The notes beneath the pieces were generated by a model that was not told the origin of the DNA, searched no databases, and saw only the letters and a list, made by a program, of their open reading frames with translations. The position numbers and the translations under genes were made by a program. This document shows, piece after piece, positions 39,606 to 47,922 of a DNA stretch of 64,000 bases; position 1 is the stretch's first letter; each line of letters opens with the position of its first letter. The stretch covers positions 10,257 through 74,256 of the forward strand of contig CALOAJ010000003.1 of NCBI GenBank assembly GCA_942491255.1, in the 5' to 3' direction. The stretch comes from an uncultured Flavobacteriaceae bacterium. Its GTDB lineage: Bacteria; Bacteroidota; Bacteroidia; Flavobacteriales; Flavobacteriaceae.

Positions 39606-40364
39606 TCATGTACCTTTATTGATAATGGTACTACTTGCTTGTGCTGAGGGCATTACTACAAGATCCGCTATATTTACATGAGGGGGCCTTGTAATCGCAA
39701 AATGTATTATCTCGGCAATATCCTCAGGCTTTAATGGACTGAAGCCCTGATAAACTTTCTTAGCCTTCTCTTTATCGCCTTTAAATCTTACGTCACTAAA
39801 TTCTGTTTCAACTAGGCCCGGATTAACAGCTCCTACTCTAATTCCCGAAAAAGGATTTAGATCAATCCTCATTGCCTTGTTAATAGCATCTACGGCATAT
39901 TTGCTGGCACAGTAAACATTTCCTTTAGGGTAAACTTCTTTTCCCGCTGTAGAACCAATATTTATTATTTGTCCAGAATTCTTTGATATCATTCCAGGAA
40001 GGATGGCTTTGGTTACATACAATAATCCCTTCACATTAATATCCAACATGGCTTCCCAATCATCCATACTAGCTTTATCAAAAGTATCCATGCCATGTGC
40101 GTTTCCAGCATTGTTGATAAGGATGTCAATATTAGAAAAGTTATCTGGAAGTGAATTTATGGCTTCGATAACCTCTCCCTTATTCCTTATATCAAAATCC
40201 AAGGTAAATACATCCGTAATGCCAGATAGCTTACGCTCTAATTCTTCCAGGCGTTCTTTCCTTCTTCCACATAGAACAAGTCGGATATTGTGCTTTGCAA
40301 AAAGTTCTGCGGTGGCTTTACCTATCCCACTAGTTGAACCGGTTATAAATGCTGTTTTTCTCAT
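39606..40364 (-). CDS. Short-chain dehydrogenase/reductase (YdfG-like NADP-dependent)
   Basis: 252 aa. TGSTSGIGKA, NNAG and YCASK motifs. Confidence 0.9.
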   Translation of the reverse strand: MRKTAFITGSTSGIGKATAELFAKHNIRLVLCGRRKERLEELERKLSGITDVFTLDFDIRNKGEVIEAINSLPDNFSNIDILINNAGNAHGMDTFDKASMDDWEAMLDINVKGLLYVTKAILPGMISKNSGQIINIGSTAGKEVYPKGNVYCASKYAVDAINKAMRIDLNPFSGIRVGAVNPGLVETEFSDVRFKGDKEKAKKVYQGFSPLKPEDIAEIIHFAITRPPHVNIADLVVMPSAQASSTIINKGT

Positions 40365-40382
40365 TGAATAAAAAATTAATAA

Positions 40383-41259
40383 TTAAGGTACTTCATGGCC
40401 TTCTGAAGCTGTTAATAAACTAAACCAATCTTCTGTTTCAAGAACTATATCCAGGGCCAATACAGATTCATTAAGTCTATCCTCGTTTGTTGTGCCCACC
40501 ACAGGATATACTTCGGCAGGATGTTTAAGAATCCATGCTAATAATAATTGCGAAGCATTAGCCTTGTACTTCTCTTCAAGTTCTTTCATTACTTTTTCAA
40601 TTCTTTCTCGCTTTTGACCATTCTCACGGAAATAACCCCCAAGTGGACTCCAGGCCATGGCCATTCGGTTATGAATGATACAATCATCAAAAGTGCCATC
40701 ATACATTACCTTATTAGCACTTAAGGAAAATTCAACTTGATTTGCTTTTACGGGAATAGACTTTTCCAGTAAAGCAACTTGGGAATTCGTAAAATTTGAA
40801 ACCCCAAATTCTCTTATTTTACCTTCCTTTTTGAAGTCGATAAATGGCCTCGGCCACCTCATCAGGATGCATTAAGGGGCTAGGCCGATGTAATAAAAAT
40901 AGATCTAGATAATCTGTGTTTAACTTGACTAAGGAACGTTCAGCAGACCAAATAATATAATCCGTTGAATAATCATAATGTTTTACTTTATTTGATCTAA
41001 CTTTTGTCACAAATTGAATCCCACATTTTGTGATAAACTGAACCTCTTCTCTCTTGGTTTTACTATTTAAAAAAGCCTTTCCAAAGGCCTCCTCGTTGGC
41101 ATAATCTCCATAAATATCCGCATGATCAAAGCTTGAAATTTGATGATCCTTACAAAAATCAATTAAGTCAGTCATTTCTGCAGATGTGAGTTGTCTGCCC
41201 CAACTTCCCCAGGTCATGGTACCCGCAATAATTTTTGAATACTTAATGTCATTTTTCAT
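40383..41259 (-). pseudogene. Aldo/keto reductase (YdhF-like) split by a 1-nt frameshift
   Basis: Track ORFs 40819..41259 (…LLHRPSPLMHPDEVAEA-IYRLQKGR*) and 40383..40862 (…FIDFKKEGKIREFGVSNF…) are the two halves of one AKR. The reading frames switch at about 40845..40848 (GAG GCC A TTT ATC). Confidence 0.8.
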
Positions 41260-41415
41260 AAGCCCGTGAATTTAGCAAATAAATCCCTTAAATACTTCAT
41301 AAAACTTGGGCTTTTGGACTTTTTTTAACCAATCGTTAACAGCACTTAACTAAATAAATTTTCAATTTGCGCCATACTTTTTATCCAACCACTTTAGGAC
41401 CAAAATTTTTACCAT

Positions 41416-42417
41416 ATGGAAGAAAACATTACTGTAGATATTAGTGCTGTTAATGAGAAAATCTCTCAAGAGAGTGCTTTCATTGATTTGCTTGTTATGG
41501 AAATGAATAAAGCAATTGTTGGTCAGCAACATATGATTGAGCGGTTGCTAATTGGATTATTAGGACAGGGGCATATTCTTTTAGAAGGTGTACCGGGACT
41601 TGCTAAAACACTTGCCATTACCTCTCTGTCCAAGGCAGTAAAGGGCAGTTTTAGTAGGATTCAGTTTACTCCAGATTTATTGCCGGCTGATGTTGTAGGT
41701 ACTATGATATATAACATGAAGCTCAATGATTTTTCTATCAAGAAAGGTCCAATATTTGCCAATTTTGTGCTTGCAGATGAAATAAATAGAGCTCCTGCCA
41801 AAGTACAGTCGGCTTTATTGGAAGCAATGCAGGAAAAACAAGTAACGATAGGAGATGAGACCTTTATTTTGGATAAACCTTTTCTGGTTATGGCAACTCA
41901 AAATCCAGTAGAACAAGAAGGAACCTATCCTTTACCGGAGGCTCAGGTAGATAGATTTATGCTAAAGACGGTGATTGATTATCCAAAAATGAAAGAGGAG
42001 CAGTTAATCATAAGGCAAAACCTTCAAGGACACACTAATGAGATTAAGCCGGTTGTTTCAATTAAACAAATATTGAGTGCACAACAGGTTGTCCGGGAAG
42101 TATATATGGATGAAAAAATCGAAAAATATATTCTAGATTTAGTGTTTGCCACCAGATATCCTGAAAAATATGACTTGGCGGACCTTAAAGCCCTAATCAG
42201 TTTTGGGGCATCTCCAAGAGGGAGTATTAATCTGGCAAATGCGGCTAAGTGTTACGCATTTATAAAAAGAAGAGGTTATGTAGTCCCTGAAGATGTGCGT
42301 GCAGTGGTTCATGATGTTTTAAGACATCGTATAGGAATTACTTATGAAGCTGAAGCCGAAAATGTAACCTCAGAAGAAATCATCAACAGGATTGTAAACG
42401 AAATTGAAGTGCCATAA
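41416..42417 (+). CDS. MoxR-family AAA+ ATPase
   Basis: 333 aa. Walker A LEGVPGLAKT, Walker B VLADEINRA. Confidence 0.93.
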   Translation: MEENITVDISAVNEKISQESAFIDLLVMEMNKAIVGQQHMIERLLIGLLGQGHILLEGVPGLAKTLAITSLSKAVKGSFSRIQFTPDLLPADVVGTMIYNMKLNDFSIKKGPIFANFVLADEINRAPAKVQSALLEAMQEKQVTIGDETFILDKPFLVMATQNPVEQEGTYPLPEAQVDRFMLKTVIDYPKMKEEQLIIRQNLQGHTNEIKPVVSIKQILSAQQVVREVYMDEKIEKYILDLVFATRYPEKYDLADLKALISFGASPRGSINLANAAKCYAFIKRRGYVVPEDVRAVVHDVLRHRIGITYEAEAENVTSEEIINRIVNEIEVP

Positions 42418-42487
42418 ACGTTCAACCTAAAAAGTTTAATGCCTTTTATCAGGTGTAAGCCGTTTCTACATTAAAGCTTGAACCAAA

Positions 42488-43354
42488 ATGGATACCAAAG
42501 AATTACTTAAGAGAGTTCGCAAGATTGAGATCAAGACACGCCGTCTATCTGATCATATCTTTGGTGGAGAATATCATTCCACTTTTAAAGGGAGAGGAAT
42601 GACCTTCAGTGAGGTAAGGCAATATCAATTTGGGGATGATGTTCGGAGTATTGATTGGAACGTTACCGCTCGATATAATGAGCCATTTGTTAAGGTTTTT
42701 GAAGAAGAAAGAGAATTAACAATGATGTTATTAGTTGACATCAGTGGTTCAGAACTTTTTGGCACCTCTAATAGATTTAAAAATGAAATTCTAACAGAGG
42801 TATCCGCCACTTTGGCTTTTTCGGCATTACAGAACAATGATAAAGTAGGCCTTATCTTATTTTCTGATGAGGTGGAACTGTTTATTCCACCAAAAAAAGG
42901 GAAAACTCATGTCTTGCGTATCATAAGAGAGTTATTAGAATTTTCTCCAAAAAGCAGGAAAACCAATATTGGAAGCGCCTTAAAATTTTTAATAAGCGTG
43001 ATGAAAAAAAAGGCGATTGTCTTTATTCTTTCAGATTTCATGGCCTTGGATTATGATCAATCCCTGAAGATTACAGGAAAAAAACACGATGTAACCGGCA
43101 TCAGAATTTATGATAAGAGAGAAGAAGAAATTCCGAACCTTGGGGTAGTTCAAATGCTGGATTCAGAAACAGGGAAAACTAGACTGGTAAATACACAATC
43201 AAAAAAAACACGTTTTGCTTACGGGCAATATCACAAGGATAGGGTTTCCTATTTTAAAGAAACCTTTGCCAAATCTGGTTGTGGGGTAATAGATTGCAGA
43301 GTAGATGAGAGTTATGTAAAAAAACTGTTAGGGTATTTTAAACAAAGGGGATAA
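42488..43354 (+). CDS. DUF58-domain protein (MoxR partner, VWA-like)
   Basis: 288 aa. RxYQFGDDVRSIDW motif and the canonical position after MoxR. Confidence 0.88.
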   Translation: MDTKELLKRVRKIEIKTRRLSDHIFGGEYHSTFKGRGMTFSEVRQYQFGDDVRSIDWNVTARYNEPFVKVFEEERELTMMLLVDISGSELFGTSNRFKNEILTEVSATLAFSALQNNDKVGLILFSDEVELFIPPKKGKTHVLRIIRELLEFSPKSRKTNIGSALKFLISVMKKKAIVFILSDFMALDYDQSLKITGKKHDVTGIRIYDKREEEIPNLGVVQMLDSETGKTRLVNTQSKKTRFAYGQYHKDRVSYFKETFAKSGCGVIDCRVDESYVKKLLGYFKQRG

Positions 43355-43357
43355 ATA

Positions 43358-45022
43358 TTGAAATTAAAAACTAATACATATTACACAGATGCTTATAATG
43401 TTAGCCTGAGGACTTTTATCCTTACAGGGCTGCTTCTGCTAATCGGTATAGTTACAAATGCGCAAGATAAACCTATACTAAAATCCTATATTGACACTAC
43501 TAGTATTAAGATAGGGGAACAAATTAAATTTACGGTTGTTGTGGAAACCGATTCTACCTCCACAGTTCATTTTCCTGAAGGACAAACCTTTTCTCCCCTT
43601 GAAACTGTTGAAGCTTACGAAACAGATACTACTAAAAAAAAGGATAGAATTACCCTTCAAAAAATATATGCTTTAACACAATTTGATTCAGGATATTACA
43701 AACTCCCCGCGCAACGAATAGAGATTGATGGAAAAGGTTATTTTACTGATTCTACTTTTGTACAAGTAGCAACAATTCCTGTTGATACCGTAAATCAAAA
43801 GATGTACGATATTAAGCCACTTATTAGTGTAGAAAAGAGTTATGGTAAAATTTGGCTTTATGTAATTCTAGGCATACTATTCCTTTTGCTTGTTGGCGGC
43901 TTAGTTTATTGGTTTTTTCTAAGAAAAAAACCCTTGTCTGAAGAAGAAAAAGTGGCTTTGCTACCACCGTATGATAGGGCTCTTTTAGAGTTAAAACGTT
44001 TGGAAAACTCCAAATATCTAATACAAGATGAGTATAAAAAGTATTACTCTGAATTAACCGATATTGTTCGCTCTTATTTAGAGGAAGAAGTAAATGTTTA
44101 TGCCTTAGAAAGTACTACAGGGCAATTAATTGAACGACTGGAACTACTTCAAGAAGCAGGTCAGTTAAATTTAGAAGCAGACACCATAAGACAGTTTGAG
44201 AGAATTTTAAAAACAGCCGATCTCGTGAAATTTGCCCGCTCTAAACCTCCTACTTCCTCAGCAGAAAAGGATAGGAAATCTATAGAGGAAATTGTCATTA
44301 AAACAAAAGAAGCTATTCCAGAGCCCACAGAAGAAGAGTTAATGGAACAAGAAGAGTATTTGGCAGAACTCGCAAGAAAAAAATACAAAAAGAAAATTAT
44401 TTATATTTCCGCAGCAGCCGGCTTTGCGGTTTTGATGGTTTTAGGCGGATTGATAGCATATAAAGGGCCTAAATTAGTTTGGGATACCGTTACAGGAAAT
44501 CCTTCCAAAAACCTCTTAGAAAGTGAGTGGGTGTCTAGTTCCTACGGCTATCCGCCTATTTTACTGGAAACACCGGAGGTTCTGGTGAGACAAGAGGTAG
44601 CGTTAGCCCCGGAAGTTAAAGCGAATATAAAGGAACTGCAGGCCTTTATGTATAATAGTGAGAAAAGTTTACTAACTATTGGGGCCACCTCAACTACTCT
44701 TGCTAAACCTGAAGAACCGGATTTTTCCCAGATAGTAGAAGATTTGTTGTTGAATTTTGAGAAACAAGGGGCAAGGAATATAATTACAAAACAAGAAGAA
44801 TTTACCACTAAAAGCGGGATTAAAGGAATCAAAGTATTTGGAAGAGGTAAATTTGCCTCGGGGAAAAATAAGGAATTAGTTAATGGAGAATATACCATAA
44901 TTCTTTTCGGAGGAAAGGGTTTTCAACAGCAAGTAATATTGGCTTGGAAAGATGGAGATCCTTATGCAAAGGAGATAATTGAAAGAATAATTGAAACGCT
45001 TGAAGTTAAAACGGATGCCTGA
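43358..45022 (+). CDS. Uncharacterised two-TM membrane protein of the Bat operon (BatD-like N-terminal exported domain)
   Basis: 554 aa with a TTG start. Signal/anchor, TM segments near IWLYVILGILFLLLVGGLVYWFF and IIYISAAAGFAVLMVLGGLIAY. Its stop overlaps the batA ATG (TGATG). Confidence 0.7.
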   Translation: MKLKTNTYYTDAYNVSLRTFILTGLLLLIGIVTNAQDKPILKSYIDTTSIKIGEQIKFTVVVETDSTSTVHFPEGQTFSPLETVEAYETDTTKKKDRITLQKIYALTQFDSGYYKLPAQRIEIDGKGYFTDSTFVQVATIPVDTVNQKMYDIKPLISVEKSYGKIWLYVILGILFLLLVGGLVYWFFLRKKPLSEEEKVALLPPYDRALLELKRLENSKYLIQDEYKKYYSELTDIVRSYLEEEVNVYALESTTGQLIERLELLQEAGQLNLEADTIRQFERILKTADLVKFARSKPPTSSAEKDRKSIEEIVIKTKEAIPEPTEEELMEQEEYLAELARKKYKKKIIYISAAAGFAVLMVLGGLIAYKGPKLVWDTVTGNPSKNLLESEWVSSSYGYPPILLETPEVLVRQEVALAPEVKANIKELQAFMYNSEKSLLTIGATSTTLAKPEEPDFSQIVEDLLLNFEKQGARNIITKQEEFTTKSGIKGIKVFGRGKFASGKNKELVNGEYTIILFGGKGFQQQVILAWKDGDPYAKEIIERIIETLEVKTDA

Positions 45023-46020
45023 TGTTTGATAATGTAGAATTTGCTAATCCACAATTCTTTTGGCTATTTTTATTATTGCCATTGGCCTTAGTATGGCATT
45101 TCTTTATGCGAAAAGAAGAAACGGCCTCTTTAAAAATCCCCAGCATTGAAGGTTTTTCTGCAAAAGACATACTTCCAAAATTAAAGCCGCTACTTTTTGC
45201 TTTGCGCATAATTGCTCTTGCAGCAATTATTATAGCAATGGCTCGGCCGCAAACAGAAGAGATTTCAACCCAAACAAAAACTACAAAAGGAATAGATATC
45301 GTTATCGCCATTGATGTATCTTCCAGTATGCTCGCTAGGGACCTTAAACCGAATAGACTTTCTGCCTTAAAAGAAGTAGCAGCCGACTTTATCAGAAAAA
45401 GACCCAGTGATAGAATTGGTTTAGTCGCCTATGCCGGTGAAAGCTATACCAAAACACCAATTACAAGTGATAAAGGCATTGTGCTAAACTCCTTAAAAGA
45501 CATCACTTATGGACAATTAACAGATGGTACAGCAATAGGTATGGGTCTTGCCACCTCAGTAAATAGATTAAAAGAAAGTAAATCTATCAGTAAAGTGATT
45601 ATTTTGCTTACTGATGGTGTAAATAATTCTGGTTTTATTGAACCCAAAACAGCGGCTGACCTCGCCGTAGAGTTTGATATAAAAACTTATACAATTGGCT
45701 TAGGAACTAATGGGAATGCCTTATCCCCGGTCGCTTATAATGATGATGGGTCTTATAGATACGGAATGAGAGAGGTGGAAATTGATGAAGAGTTGCTAAA
45801 AGAAATTGCTTCTGTTACTGGAGGTAAGTATTTCAGAGCAACAGACAATGAAAAATTGGAAGCAATTTATGATGAAATAAATAAACTCGAAAAAACAGAA
45901 ATAGAAGAGTTTAAATACTATAAATACGAAGAAAAATTTAGACCATGGATTCTATTGGCGGGAGCTTTATTATTGATAGAATGGTTCATGAGAAATACAC
46001 TTTTTAAGAGTTTTGTTTAG
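45022..46020 (+). CDS. batA: VWA-domain membrane protein BatA
   Basis: 332 aa. N-terminal TM segments and the MIDAS motif DVSSSM, in the operon context. Confidence 0.88.
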   Translation: MFDNVEFANPQFFWLFLLLPLALVWHFFMRKEETASLKIPSIEGFSAKDILPKLKPLLFALRIIALAAIIIAMARPQTEEISTQTKTTKGIDIVIAIDVSSSMLARDLKPNRLSALKEVAADFIRKRPSDRIGLVAYAGESYTKTPITSDKGIVLNSLKDITYGQLTDGTAIGMGLATSVNRLKESKSISKVIILLTDGVNNSGFIEPKTAADLAVEFDIKTYTIGLGTNGNALSPVAYNDDGSYRYGMREVEIDEELLKEIASVTGGKYFRATDNEKLEAIYDEINKLEKTEIEEFKYYKYEEKFRPWILLAGALLLIEWFMRNTLFKSFV

Positions 46021-46022
46021 GT

Positions 46023-47069
46023 ATGATACAATTAGATGAAAAAATATACTTCTATTTGCTCTCCATAATTCCCTTTATGGTCATAGTCTACATTCTTATA
46101 CAAGTATGGAAAAAGAAGACCCAAAAAAAGTTTGCAACCTCAGATTTATTAATGAGACTTGCCCCCGATAAATCAAGTTTTAAGGCCGCTTTAAAACTGA
46201 TTTTTATAATGCTTGGAATTTGCTTTTTGGTTTTAGGTTTGGTAAATCCTAAAATAGGCACCAAACTTGAAACAGTTAAAAGAGAAGGTGTTGATATCGT
46301 TTTTGCCATCGATGTTTCTAAGAGTATGTTAGCAGAAGACATTGCACCCAACAGGATTGAAAAGGGAAAGAGATTGGTGTCTGAAATTATAAATCAGCTT
46401 GCCAGTGATAGAATAGGTATAATTGCCTATGCCGGGCAGGCATATCCACAGCTTCCTATCACAACCGATTACGGGGCTGCAAAAATGTTCCTTCAAGGTA
46501 TGAATACGGATATGCTTTCTTCACAGGGAACTGCGATTAATGAGGCCATTGAATTGGCGGCGACCTATTTTGACGATGAACAACAGACCAATAGGGTTCT
46601 TTTTATTATTTCTGATGGGGAAGACCATTCTGAAGGATCCACCTTAGATGCCGTTGAACTTGCTGTCGAAGAAGGAATACGAATTTTTACAATAGGTGTT
46701 GGAAAAGAAAAAGGAAGTCCTATCCCTATCAAAAGAAACGGAATTGTTGAAAGCCTAAAAAAAGACGCCCAGGGAGAAGTAGTTATTACCAAATTAAACG
46801 AAGAAATTTTACAAGACATCGCTAGCGAAGGAAATGGAGAATATATAAATGGCTCAAATACGGAAGAAGCTGTGGAATTTATTAAACTACAGCTAGATCA
46901 GATGGACAAGACAGAATTTGAGGCGAAACAGTTCGCTGAATACAAAGACCAATTTCAATGGTTTTTAGGCATTGGTCTATTATTTTTATTTTTAGATATC
47001 TTTTTACTGGATAGAAAAACGCAATGGTTAAAGAAGTTGAATTTATTTAATGAGAAACAAATACATTGA
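46023..47069 (+). CDS. batB: VWA-domain membrane protein BatB
   Basis: 348 aa. MIDAS motif DVSKSM and a C-terminal TM segment. Paralogous to BatA. Confidence 0.88.
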   Translation: MIQLDEKIYFYLLSIIPFMVIVYILIQVWKKKTQKKFATSDLLMRLAPDKSSFKAALKLIFIMLGICFLVLGLVNPKIGTKLETVKREGVDIVFAIDVSKSMLAEDIAPNRIEKGKRLVSEIINQLASDRIGIIAYAGQAYPQLPITTDYGAAKMFLQGMNTDMLSSQGTAINEAIELAATYFDDEQQTNRVLFIISDGEDHSEGSTLDAVELAVEEGIRIFTIGVGKEKGSPIPIKRNGIVESLKKDAQGEVVITKLNEEILQDIASEGNGEYINGSNTEEAVEFIKLQLDQMDKTEFEAKQFAEYKDQFQWFLGIGLLFLFLDIFLLDRKTQWLKKLNLFNEKQIH

Positions 47070-47070
47070 T

Positions 47071-47922
47071 ATGAAAACCTATTTTGTGATATTCTTATTA
47101 TTTAGTTTTAGTGCTTTTTGTCAAGATGATAATCAAGTCAATGAGAAAGACTTAAGAACTTCGACTGATATTACATGGAAGGCGAATAAAGAACTATCAG
47201 AAAATGACTTCATTGATGCCGAAGTAAACTATAGAAGGGCAATATCAAAGAGCGACAAAAACACGGTTGCACCCTATAATTTAGGAAATGCATATTACAA
47301 TAACGAGAGTTTTTCAGAAGCTTTTGGACGTTTTAAACAAGCGGGTGAAACCTCGTTAGAAAAACCAATTAAGCATAAATCTTTTCATAATATGGGAAAC
47401 GTTTTTATGCAAAAAAAGGACTATGCGAAGGCAGTTGAAGCTTATAAAGAGGCTTTGAGAAACGACCCTACCGATGAAGAAACCAGATATAATTTGGCCC
47501 TTGCCAAAGAGCTTCTAAAAAAAGATCAGCAAAATCAGGATAAAAACCAGGATAAAGAAAACGAAGATCAGGAGCAAGAAAAGGATAAAAACCAGGATCA
47601 GCAAGATCAGGGAGAGAATGAAGATGAAAACAAAGGGGATCCTGAGGATAAAGAAAATGATCAAGAAAGTAACGAAGGGGATAAGGGAGATCAGGAAAAA
47701 GAAGAGAATAAAAAGGAAGAAGGTGATGAAAAAGAAGAACAAAATAAAGAACCGGAACAAGGAGATCAAGAACAAAAGGAACAACCCAGGCCCAATCAAT
47801 TGTCTGAACAGCAAATAAAAAATTTGCTGGAAGCCATGCAGAATGAAGAGAAAAAGGTCCAAGAAAAAATGGATGCCAAAAAGGTAAAGGGAGTTAAAAC
47901 GAAAAACGTAAAAGATTGGTGA
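47071..47922 (+). CDS. batC: TPR-repeat protein BatC with acidic low-complexity C-terminal half
   Basis: Signal peptide MKTYFVIFLLFSFSAFCQ, TPR repeats (YNLGNAYY, FHNMGNVFM, YNLALA), then a D/E/K/Q/N-rich tract. ATG 47071 is preferred over the track's 47050. Confidence 0.82.
   Translation: MKTYFVIFLLFSFSAFCQDDNQVNEKDLRTSTDITWKANKELSENDFIDAEVNYRRAISKSDKNTVAPYNLGNAYYNNESFSEAFGRFKQAGETSLEKPIKHKSFHNMGNVFMQKKDYAKAVEAYKEALRNDPTDEETRYNLALAKELLKKDQQNQDKNQDKENEDQEQEKDKNQDQQDQGENEDENKGDPEDKENDQESNEGDKGDQEKEENKKEEGDEKEEQNKEPEQGDQEQKEQPRPNQLSEQQIKNLLEAMQNEEKKVQEKMDAKKVKGVKTKNVKDW
47518..47790 (+). repeat. Polypurine (A/G-rich) low-complexity tract encoding the acidic D/E/K/Q/N region of BatC
   Basis: About 270 nt, almost pyrimidine-free on the plus strand, with imperfect GAT CAG / GAA AAA / GAT AAA units. 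It generates the mirror-image antisense ORF 47515..47928. Confidence 0.8.

Noticed and set aside
41260-41415. Near-match -7 box (TCAATTTG) upstream of moxR, and similar one-mismatch boxes upstream of cvpA, the PhyH gene and the desaturase gene
   Set aside because: They are not exact matches to TAnnTTTG. In DNA this AT-rich, one-mismatch hits are expected by chance, so only exact matches were listed.
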